Positions 1 to 6,983 of a DNA stretch of 24,000 bases are shown here, in pieces. Position 1 is the stretch's first letter; every line of letters starts with the position of its first letter. The translations under genes and the position numbers were made by a program. The stretch is from Kineosporia sp. NBRC 101731 (GTDB lineage Bacteria; Actinomycetota; Actinomycetes; Actinomycetales; Kineosporiaceae), in contig NZ_BSTC01000004.1 of NCBI RefSeq assembly GCF_030269305.1, forward strand, positions 227,963-251,962. The letters are read 5' to 3'. Below the pieces are notes generated by a model. It was given only the letters and a program-made list of their open reading frames with translations. It was not told where the DNA came from and searched no databases.

Positions 1-1
1 C

Positions 2-655
2 GGTGGATCCGATCCGGAGACCGTCGACGAGGTGAAGGTGCGGGGGCCCCTGACACTGCGCACGGGCCGGCGGGCGGTCACCGCCGCCGACTTCGAGCAA
101 CTGAGTCTGGAGAGCAGCCCCCGGCTGGCCCGAGCGCGCTGTGCGGTGCCCGAGACCGACGGTGGGCCCGTGCGGCTGCTGCTGGTGCCCCGCCGGCCAC
201 CGGCCCCGGGCCTGCGGAACGTGGACGAGTTCGCTCTCGAGGAAGAGCTTCTGGAGGAAGTCACCGCCGGTCTGGAACCGCGCCGGCTGGTCGGCTCACG
301 CATCGAGCTGACCACCCCGTACTACATCGGGGTCGCCGTGGAGGTGTCGGTGCGGGCCGCCACCGGTCACAGCGCGGCCGCGGTGCGTCAGACGGCCGAG
401 GAGACGCTGCGCACCTGGCTGGACCCGCTGCACGGGGGTGCCGACCGCAGCGGCTGGCCCTTCGACCGACATCTCACCGGGTCCGCCGTCGTGCACCGGC
501 TGGAAGGGCTGGCCGGTGTCGCGAACATCGAGGACGTGCGCCTGTACGAGTACGACCTGCGCCGGGGGGAACGGGTCGGCCCGGTCCGGGACGTCCTGAC
601 GCTGGACGCCGACAGCCTGTTCCTGCCGGGTGAGCTGATGGTGGTGGCCCGATGA
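2..655 (+). CDS. Baseplate J/gp47-like baseplate wedge protein of a contractile injection system (Afp11/Cis11-like). Only the C-terminal part is present; the 5' end lies outside the window.
   Basis: The frame is open from nt 2 (GGSDPETVDEVKVRGPLTLRTGRRAVTAADFEQL...). The '...RAVTxxDFExL' block and the following beta-rich C-terminus are typical of baseplate J family C-termini. The GTG at 32 in the track is probably internal. The stop overlaps the next gene's start as ATGA (652-655). Third-position GC bias is strong. Confidence 0.8.
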   Translation, partial: GGSDPETVDEVKVRGPLTLRTGRRAVTAADFEQLSLESSPRLARARCAVPETDGGPVRLLLVPRRPPAPGLRNVDEFALEEELLEEVTAGLEPRRLVGSRIELTTPYYIGVAVEVSVRAATGHSAAAVRQTAEETLRTWLDPLHGGADRSGWPFDRHLTGSAVVHRLEGLAGVANIEDVRLYEYDLRRGERVGPVRDVLTLDADSLFLPGELMVVAR

Positions 656-1659
656 GTGCGCCGGCCCCCGGCTGGCTCGCCCGGCAACTGCCGGTCGTCA
701 TGCAGCAGGACGACTTCACGGTGCGCTTCCTCGCGATCTTCGAGGACCTGGCGGACACCCTGCTGCACTCGGTGGGTTCGGTGGCCGAGGCGGCCGATCC
801 CACCGTCGCGCCCGCCCCGATGGTGCCCTGGCTCGGGAGCTGGATCGCCGGCCCCGTCGATCCCGCCGCCGGCACCCACCCGCTGCGCGACCGGGACTGG
901 CTGCGAGCGCAGTCCCGGGCGCTGGGGGCCCGGGGCACCCGGGCCGGTCTGGAGCAGTGGCTGTCCCTGCTGTCCGGCGGGCGCCCGGTCGAGATCATCG
1001 ACGGCGGTGGCGTCTACCGCGAGGGTCAGGCCCCGGAGGGAGCGACCGGCTGGGTCCAGGTCCGGATGCCACTGGCCGGCGATGTGGATGCGCAGCAGGT
1101 CGTCGCCCTGATCGAGGACGAGGTGCCCATCGGCGTGAGGGTCGAGCTCCTGGTGATTCCGGACGAGCCCTCCGGGGTGCCCCGGCCCCGGGACGCTCAG
1201 GACGATGCCGATCACACCGATCACACCGCTGACGCCGATCTCCGGGAGCCGATGCCGGGCGGCCCGTACTTCTGGGACGGCGGGGACGAGGACGTCTTTC
1301 CGCCCCTGTGGGAGGAAGCGATCCCGGCCCCGGAAGTCACGGAGAACACGCAGGAGGCCCCGCTGTCCGGTGCGCTGCGCCGGCTTCCGGGAACGGGCGG
1401 ACGGGCCGTGCGCGCCGGGCGCTTGTGCCCGGAGTGCGCCGAGCCCAACGCCTTCGGATCACTCACGTGCCTCCGATGTGCATCGGTGTTGCGGGTTCCC
1501 CGTCCGGTGGCGGAGCCGGTTCCGGAGCCCGAACCGGAGCCCTTGTGGGACGACGAGGACTGGCTGCCACAGCGGCGGACCCGGCCCGTCGTCGTCGCGA
1601 CGGCCGGGCTGCTCCTGCTTTTGAGCCTCATCCTGTTCCTCACGTACCTCCTGCGCTGA
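652..1659 (+). CDS. P2 gpI-like baseplate/tail protein (Afp12/Cis12-like), residues ~1-170. It carries a C-terminal extension: an acidic/Pro-rich linker, a CxxC-x13-CxxC zinc ribbon (nt 1426-1479) and a C-terminal TM helix (nt ~1588-1653).
   Basis: The N-terminus WLARQLPVVMQQDDFTVRFLAIFEDLADTLL matches the usual start of tail-protein-I family members. ATGA coupling to the baseplate J gene gives the canonical J-I order. The extension contains CPECAEPNAFGSLTCLRCASVL, then PEPEPEP, then RRTRPVVVATAGLLLLLSLILFLTYLLR at the very C-terminus. Confidence 0.7.
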   Translation: MSAPAPGWLARQLPVVMQQDDFTVRFLAIFEDLADTLLHSVGSVAEAADPTVAPAPMVPWLGSWIAGPVDPAAGTHPLRDRDWLRAQSRALGARGTRAGLEQWLSLLSGGRPVEIIDGGGVYREGQAPEGATGWVQVRMPLAGDVDAQQVVALIEDEVPIGVRVELLVIPDEPSGVPRPRDAQDDADHTDHTADADLREPMPGGPYFWDGGDEDVFPPLWEEAIPAPEVTENTQEAPLSGALRRLPGTGGRAVRAGRLCPECAEPNAFGSLTCLRCASVLRVPRPVAEPVPEPEPEPLWDDEDWLPQRRTRPVVVATAGLLLLLSLILFLTYLLR

Positions 1660-2518
1660 GCCTCACCGGCGCCAGGGTGGTCCTGGCGCTCGTCACCGTC
1701 TCCACCATCACGCAGGCACCGCTGTAGCCGCGGCTGCGGAAGTAGATCGCGTATATGCCGGGCGGCAGATCCGCGCTCCAGTCGTGGCCGCTGATCGTGA
1801 CCGGGTACGTGGTCCGGCCCGTGCGGGCGCTCGCGCCGCTGAGGTTCTCGCGCGAGAGACCACGCACGAACGCCGTGATCGGTGAGGAGGCACCGCCGTC
1901 CAGGAACACCGTGCCCTGGACCCGTACGGGGCCCGGGGCGCGACGCATGCGGGCCACATTGGCATCCCGGTCGGCGGTGTCGACGATGGCCGCCAGGGTG
2001 CGCGCCCGCGGTCCGGCCGACGCGGCCGTGAACACTTTCACCCCCGCCACGACCATCAGCAGCAGCGCGACCAGCAACACGGCGATCACGGCGACCACCC
2101 GAGGACGCCGCGTTGCCGGTCGCGCAGAACCGCTCGGGGGTTGTGGTCGGTCGGTGAACGGCGGGCGGCGAACCGTCAGCTGGGAATCGGCGACCGGCAC
2201 CGGAGCACCCGAGGTCTGCGCGGTCAGGGTCCAGAGGTACCGGCCGGGCAACGTTCCGGCCGGAGGGGTCAGGTAGACGAAGACCTCAGCCGTGTTGTGA
2301 CCCGGCAACTGCAGGACCTGGGCCGGCGGGCACCAGGACGACGGCAGGCCCCGGGCGAGCAGAACAGCCCGCACCTCCTCGCCCGTCAGGTTCTGGACGG
2401 TTCCACGCACGACCACCGTCTGGCCGGCGTCGACCGTCCCTTCCTGAGCCGTCACCCTCAGCGTGGCGCGGTCACCTGACCAGGACGCTGCCTGCCGGTC
2501 TGTTGTGGGGCTGCTCAT
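1640..2518 (-). CDS. Bitopic membrane protein, paralog 3: N-terminal Ig-like (CARDB/NEW3-like) domain, one TM helix, C-terminal carboxypeptidase-regulatory-like beta-sandwich.
   Basis: I place the start at the internal ATG at 2518 (MSSPTTDRQ...), not at track position 2614. A GGAAGGAG Shine-Dalgarno lies just upstream. This ATG overlaps the upstream gene's stop as ATGA (2515-2518). The TM is RRPRVVAVIAVLLVALLLMVVAGV. The C-terminal 'VRVQGTVFLDG...LPPGIYAIYFRSRGY' is a CarboxypepD_reg-like pattern. Confidence 0.7.
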   Translation of the reverse strand: MSSPTTDRQAASWSGDRATLRVTAQEGTVDAGQTVVVRGTVQNLTGEEVRAVLLARGLPSSWCPPAQVLQLPGHNTAEVFVYLTPPAGTLPGRYLWTLTAQTSGAPVPVADSQLTVRRPPFTDRPQPPSGSARPATRRPRVVAVIAVLLVALLLMVVAGVKVFTAASAGPRARTLAAIVDTADRDANVARMRRAPGPVRVQGTVFLDGGASSPITAFVRGLSRENLSGASARTGRTTYPVTISGHDWSADLPPGIYAIYFRSRGYSGACVMVETVTSARTTLAPVRLSAGGT

Positions 2519-4401
2519 GAAACTCCTTCCGACGACGTTTCGGTGGGTGTGGCCGGTGGGGCGGTCGTCGCCGACGGCCGGACGCAGATGAAGACGTCGT
2601 GCCACCAGGAGCACCCGGCCGGGCCCGACACGCCGTCCTCCCCCGGGGGACCGCTGGGACCCGGCGGACCGGAAGGCCCTACGGCGCCGTCCGTTCCGTC
2701 AGCACCGTCGCTGCCGTTCGTCCCGTCGGTGCCGTCACTCCCGCCGGTGCCGGCCGTGCCGTCGGTGCCGTTCGTTCCGTCCGTGCCGTCCGTTCCGTTC
2801 GTGCCGTCGATGCCGTTGGTTCCGTCCCGGCCGTTCGTACCGTCCGCACCCGGGTCGCCCGTCGTCCCCGCACCACCCCGGTCACCGCGAGGGCCGGGTT
2901 CTCCGGTCGCACCCGGCGGAAGCCGCAGTCCGCTCGCGGGATCCGGGGCCAGTCGTAAGGTCACGTCGGCGGGCACCCCCGGCTCCAGCGTCACGGTGGC
3001 CTGAGCCGGGCGGTATCCCTCCTTGGCGGCGACCACCGTGTAGCGGGCCGGGGCAAGCACGTCCTTCGCCACGAATACCGCGGTACCCGGCAGTTGCTCC
3101 GCCTGCCTCACCCCCGCTCCCGGAGCCGCGGTTCCCTCACCCAGCTGAAGATTCACCTCGGCACCCGCCGGGATGTCCATGTCGAGGGTCACGACGACCG
3201 TTCCCAGCGCCAGTCCCGGCACCATCGGATTCAGCGACGTGCCTTCACCACCGGTCGCGGTGACCGGTGCCGCATCCTCCGGGTCGGTCGCCTGGGGGTA
3301 CCAGATCGGATGCGGACCCGTGCCTTCGAGCCGGATCAGGTACTCCCCGGACGGAACCTCCATCTGCCAGGTGCCGTCCGCACCGAAATCCTTGGTGCTG
3401 ACCACCGGGACGGCGGTGTCATCGAGCCGGTACGCGGAGACGACCGCACCGGTGGGCAGTCCCCGGCCCCGACGTCCGCCGCTGCTCACCGGCGCCGCAC
3501 GTCCGGACCGGACCGACTCGGGCTCCGGCTGCACCGTTCCCTTCAGGAAGCAGGGGCAGTCGGCCGAACCGTCCGCCGCTCCCCCGACGTGCGGATCGCT
3601 GACCTCGTCCAGTTGATCGGCGGTATTGGCCTGTTCCACGTCGTGCTGGGTGAAGATCGCGCCCACGGTGACGGCGGCCACGCCGAGCACCAGCGCCAGG
3701 ACCACCAGACTCGCCCCCAGCGACAACGCGGCCCGGCTGATCCGCGGTTTCTGCAGGAAAGCTCCCTGGGCCAGCGGCCCCTCGACAGGAACCCCGATCC
3801 GGCGTTCCTGATCCGTGCGCGCATCCGCATACACCGAGAACATCCGGGGCGCCGGCATACCCGTCCAGGGCCGGCGCCGCCGGACCGTCACGTCGATGCG
3901 GGTCTGCTCCCCCGGCGCCAGGTCCAGCCGCTCCGAGCTGAAATCGAAGGTGAGCCGGGCCTCGTCGTCCACTCCCACCAGAGGGCTGCCCACGGTCGTG
4001 TTGCCGGCGTTCTCGGCCCTCAGCCGGAAACCGGCACGACGGCCTCCGGACACCAGCGGCGGCCTGACCGTCAGCAGCAGGCGCTCCCGGGCGGGCACGT
4101 GCACCTCGACCGGCTGCAGCCAGCATTCCTGGCGGCCACCGACCTCCTGGACCTGCACCGTCAGGGGATGGGAGCCGGCGGGAAACGTCTCCGGCAGGAG
4201 CACCCGCACCGTCAGCTCGCGCGATTCACCGGGAAAGAGCTCGAACTCAGGAACGCCGACCTCGACCCAGTCCGGGTCGGCCCCCAGAATGCGCACCGAG
4301 AACGCGGAAATGGTGTCCCGGACGTTCTGCACCCGCAGGGTCATCTCACCCGGCGAGCCGGCCCGGTGCACGATCTGCCCGGGTGAGAACTCGGTGATCA
4401 T
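2515..4401 (-). CDS. Bitopic membrane protein, paralog 2: two Ig-like N-terminal domains, a TM helix, two carboxypeptidase-regulatory-like domains and a C-terminal collagen-like triple-helix repeat.
   Basis: This is a 628-aa ORF with strong GC3 bias. The start ATG at 4401 overlaps the upstream stop (ATGA, 4398-4401). The TM is KPRISRAALSLGASLVVLALVLGVAAVTVGAIF, followed by an acidic segment, which implies N-in/C-out. 'LKGTV...GEYLIRLEGTG' and 'ARYTVVAAKEGYRPAQATVTLEPG' are beta-sandwich motifs. There are 32 uninterrupted G-X-Y triplets near the C-terminus. Confidence 0.8.
   Translation of the reverse strand: MITEFSPGQIVHRAGSPGEMTLRVQNVRDTISAFSVRILGADPDWVEVGVPEFELFPGESRELTVRVLLPETFPAGSHPLTVQVQEVGGRQECWLQPVEVHVPARERLLLTVRPPLVSGGRRAGFRLRAENAGNTTVGSPLVGVDDEARLTFDFSSERLDLAPGEQTRIDVTVRRRRPWTGMPAPRMFSVYADARTDQERRIGVPVEGPLAQGAFLQKPRISRAALSLGASLVVLALVLGVAAVTVGAIFTQHDVEQANTADQLDEVSDPHVGGAADGSADCPCFLKGTVQPEPESVRSGRAAPVSSGGRRGRGLPTGAVVSAYRLDDTAVPVVSTKDFGADGTWQMEVPSGEYLIRLEGTGPHPIWYPQATDPEDAAPVTATGGEGTSLNPMVPGLALGTVVVTLDMDIPAGAEVNLQLGEGTAAPGAGVRQAEQLPGTAVFVAKDVLAPARYTVVAAKEGYRPAQATVTLEPGVPADVTLRLAPDPASGLRLPPGATGEPGPRGDRGGAGTTGDPGADGTNGRDGTNGIDGTNGTDGTDGTNGTDGTAGTGGSDGTDGTNGSDGADGTDGAVGPSGPPGPSGPPGEDGVSGPAGCSWWHDVFICVRPSATTAPPATPTETSSEGVS
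2617..2904 (-). repeat. Collagen-like G-X-Y coding repeat (32 triplets, mostly GTD/GTN/GSD/GPP) inside the 2515..4401 CDS.
   Basis: The translation reads GEPGPRGDRGGAGTTGDPGADGTNGRDGTNGIDGTNGTDGTDGTNGTDGTAGTGGSDGTDGTNGSDGADGTDGAVGPSGPPGPSGPPGEDGVSGPAG. At the DNA level this appears as degenerate 9/18-bp repeats (ccgtc/ggtgccgtt...). Confidence 0.9.
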
Positions 4402-6119
4402 CCGGGATCACCTGCACAGGTCGCCGAACTCGCCGAGAACGGCACGGAATAGAAGTTCGCCCGCGCCGGGAGCACATGCAGACGACAGGCGTGCATCGCC
4501 TGCCCGCCCACGGTCATCGTGAGGTCGTAGTAGCCGGGTGCCAGCAGCCCCGTCAGACGGATCTGGCTCTCCCACCCGCCGCCGGCGGCGGGCCGGGACG
4601 GAAACTCCCCCGGCCCGGAGCCGCCCGCCGGGTCGCCGGGTCCGGCGCCTTGTGTGCCTTCCTCCCCCTTACCCGTCGGCGTCCTGGCCGGCAGCCAGAC
4701 CGGGCCGGCCGGCCGGGCCGGATCGGACCGGGCACCCTCGAACGCACCCGTCCCCGCACCGGCAGAACGACCGGCGGAAGAACCGGACAGCGCTGTCGCA
4801 GAGGGTTTCCGGGCCGAGGAAGGGATCGGCCCGCAGGCCGGGACCGGTGTCGGGGCCACCGTGACACCCGGGGACCTCCCGGCCTCCGGGGTTCCCCCGG
4901 TATCGACGTCCGCCGAGGGCTGCTTCGGCGCCGACAGCCGGGCGGTGACGTGCACGGCCGGCGTGGCGGATCCGTCCGGGTTCCGCAGCCTCACCGTCAG
5001 CTGAGCCGGACGCCCCGGCAGCCGCCCCCGGACCCGGCAGGACTCCTGGTCCACGGCGGCCCGCAGCCTCGCATTCCCGTTCCAAGGCGGTGCGAGAACG
5101 ATCTCGTAGCGGGCGGGAAAGGTGTCCGGCAGCCAGAACCGGCCCTGGCTGTCACTGGCGGTCCGGTAGGTCGTGGTGGCCTCGGTACAGCGCGACCGCG
5201 GCCGCACCGCAGGGTCCTGGCTGCACGCCAGCACCTTCACCCCGGACACCGGCGAACCGTCCACCTCCGAGACGACCAGTCCGGACAGTGTGAGCGCCAC
5301 ATCCAGAACGTCACGAGGCCCCGGACCCGTCCGGAACCCGTCGGGTACCGCGACCGGCGGTGCCTCCGGGCGGACGAAGGCACGCAGCCCGAGATATCCC
5401 AGGGTGCCCCAGATCGCCAGCACCAGAACGAGGACCACCGCGAACACCAGCCCGTGACCCAGCACGGGCCGCTGACGGAAGGTGACCCGCACGTCCTGGT
5501 GCAGCTCCTCGTCCAGCATCGGGTGCCCGGGCGTGACCGACGCGGCCACGACGCGTACATCGGCCAGGTGCTCACGGACAGCGCCGAGCAGACGCCAGGG
5601 GGCGGTGACCTCCACCCGGCAGACCTTCGTCTGCCACGGTTCGATCATGGCCTCGTCCGGCTCGAACGTCATGGAGACCCCGTCGGGGAGGTCGACCTCG
5701 CGGGGATGAACCAGCAGAGCGGTGTTCCCGCGGTTGGCGACCGTCATCGGGAAGGACACGCGACGGGTGCCCATGCGTACGCAGGGGCGGACACCGGCCG
5801 TCAGCGCGGGACGCGCGGCCACGTCGACCTGCAGGCCGGCCTGATGCTCCCTCTCGGTCGCGGTCGCCCGCACCACCACATCGACGCGGTGCCGGCCGGC
5901 CGGTACCTGGGCCGGCAGTTGCACCTGCAGCGGTAACCGCCGCCGCTCACCGGGAAACAGCGTGGGGGTGCTCTCCAGGCGCACCGTGGCCCCGGAGAGA
6001 CCGGTCAGGTCGATCTCGACCGCGTCGATCACATCGTCGGTGTTGACGACGTCGATCAGCACCTCCCCCGGAACCTCCGGTTCCAGGCTGACCTCGTCGT
6101 TGACCAGCCGGACCTCCAT
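4398..6119 (-). CDS. Bitopic membrane protein, paralog 1: two Ig-like N-terminal domains, a TM helix, a carboxypeptidase-regulatory-like domain, a long low-complexity linker and a C-terminal beta-sandwich.
   Basis: I place the start at the internal ATG at 6119 (MEVRLVNDEVSLEPE...), residue 201 of the 773-aa track ORF. The upstream 200 codons are an Arg/Gly-rich shadow of the DUF4255 gene, which is in another frame. The start overlaps the DUF4255 stop by 1 nt (TGATG). The N-terminal domains align by eye with paralog 2 (V.N..D.I.A...LFPGE.R.L...V.LP...PAG.H). The TM is VLGHGLVFAVVLVLVLAIWGTLGYLGL. Confidence 0.75.
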   Translation of the reverse strand: MEVRLVNDEVSLEPEVPGEVLIDVVNTDDVIDAVEIDLTGLSGATVRLESTPTLFPGERRRLPLQVQLPAQVPAGRHRVDVVVRATATEREHQAGLQVDVAARPALTAGVRPCVRMGTRRVSFPMTVANRGNTALLVHPREVDLPDGVSMTFEPDEAMIEPWQTKVCRVEVTAPWRLLGAVREHLADVRVVAASVTPGHPMLDEELHQDVRVTFRQRPVLGHGLVFAVVLVLVLAIWGTLGYLGLRAFVRPEAPPVAVPDGFRTGPGPRDVLDVALTLSGLVVSEVDGSPVSGVKVLACSQDPAVRPRSRCTEATTTYRTASDSQGRFWLPDTFPARYEIVLAPPWNGNARLRAAVDQESCRVRGRLPGRPAQLTVRLRNPDGSATPAVHVTARLSAPKQPSADVDTGGTPEAGRSPGVTVAPTPVPACGPIPSSARKPSATALSGSSAGRSAGAGTGAFEGARSDPARPAGPVWLPARTPTGKGEEGTQGAGPGDPAGGSGPGEFPSRPAAGGGWESQIRLTGLLAPGYYDLTMTVGGQAMHACRLHVLPARANFYSVPFSASSATCAGDPG

Positions 6120-6754
6120 CAGGCCCCGTCGCGCTGCCGTTGCCGCGAGGCCCCGAACCAGCCGGGGCGACGCCCGGTGTCCGTCGCGCTGCCCGACCGG
6201 CGCAGCGGCGCCACGGTGGTCTCCACCCGCCGGACCGGCGCCGCGACGCGCTGCGGGCGGTCCAGGGTAACGGCGGTCGTGGCGACGAGAACCAGAGAGG
6301 GGCGCAGCTTTCCCCCCAGACCACCCCAAAGATCCCGGCCTCTGACCTGTTCCGGATCCGCCAGGGCGATGTTCACCTTGCCCGTGATCTCCCCGCCCTC
6401 CGTGTCCCCGTCCAGCACCGGTGTCCGCAGCAGACCTCGCACGGCATCCCCCAGGAGCCGGTGCTCCTCCCGCACCCCGCCACCCCAGGCACTCAGGAGG
6501 TACGAGAACGAGACCACGGGCGCCGGCCGGTCCCGCACGACCACCCCGTTGGTGTCGCGGTACGGACCGGTCACCGCGGGTTGCACTGCCGCCCGGGCAA
6601 TGTCGAAAAGAAAAAGGTTCAGTGTCGGCCGCGTGAGAGACGTACCCCAGGTGCCGTCCGGGCTCTCGAACGAGACGTCCCCGTCCTCCTCGGGCAGCGG
6701 CACCTCTTCTTGCAACCACGACTTCAGCGTGCTTTCCAGCGCGGACAGCGGCAC
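6119..6754 (-). CDS. DUF4255 / Pvc16-N-like protein (Afp16/Cis16-type tail terminator/cap of contractile injection systems).
   Basis: This is a 211-aa ORF. It has a GTG start with a GGGGAGGA Shine-Dalgarno 4 nt upstream. MPLSALESTLKSWLQEE...PTLNLFLFDIARA...SFSYLLSAWG fits the DUF4255 pattern as I remember it. It sits next to other CIS genes. Confidence 0.7.
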   Translation of the reverse strand: MPLSALESTLKSWLQEEVPLPEEDGDVSFESPDGTWGTSLTRPTLNLFLFDIARAAVQPAVTGPYRDTNGVVVRDRPAPVVSFSYLLSAWGGGVREEHRLLGDAVRGLLRTPVLDGDTEGGEITGKVNIALADPEQVRGRDLWGGLGGKLRPSLVLVATTAVTLDRPQRVAAPVRRVETTVAPLRRSGSATDTGRRPGWFGASRQRQRDGA

Positions 6755-6983
6755 GATTCCTCCCCGGTGCTCGGGCCGGTGCAGCTCACCTGGACAGGAG
6801 CCCCCGGCACCGGCACGAACCTCAGGGACGTTACCAAGGGCGAGGACGCGTTCCGCGAACCACGCGCAACGGAAGCCATGAAGTTGCTACTCACCCGCGA
6901 GAGACCTCGCACCCGCATGTCACCGACCGCAGCTGCCGTGGTTCGTGAAAGGGTGCGGCAGAGGATGAAACCAGGGGGAAGCC

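Noticed and set aside
388-1224. Long antisense or alternative-frame ORFs across the CIS genes. Examples are 388..1224 -, 3094..4386 +, 3419..4126 -, 4476..5936 +, 6140..7180 + and 8472..9695 +.
   Set aside because: Their products are Arg/Gly/Pro/His-rich low-complexity sequences, typical of shadow ORFs in >70% GC DNA. They overlap ORFs that have recognisable protein families and the correct third-position GC bias.
2519-2614. The upstream extension of ORF 1640..2614 (MLLVARRLHLRP...).
   Set aside because: It overlaps the 3' end of the collagen-like gene. The internal ATG at 2518 has a GGAAGGAG Shine-Dalgarno and an ATGA stop/start overlap.
6120-6719. The N-terminal 200 codons of the 773-aa track ORF 4398..6719.
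   Set aside because: This stretch overlaps the DUF4255 gene in another frame and translates to RGAAARGGRGR-type junk. A clean start (MEVRLVNDE) at 6119 overlaps the DUF4255 stop, as do the other junctions in the operon.
6755-6983. A small ORF (MKLLLTRERPRTRM...) and possible promoter elements in the divergent region between the DUF4255 and Tat-protein genes.
   Set aside because: The ORF lacks a Shine-Dalgarno and coding bias. I could not identify convincing -35/-10 hexamers or symmetric operators, so no feature is called.
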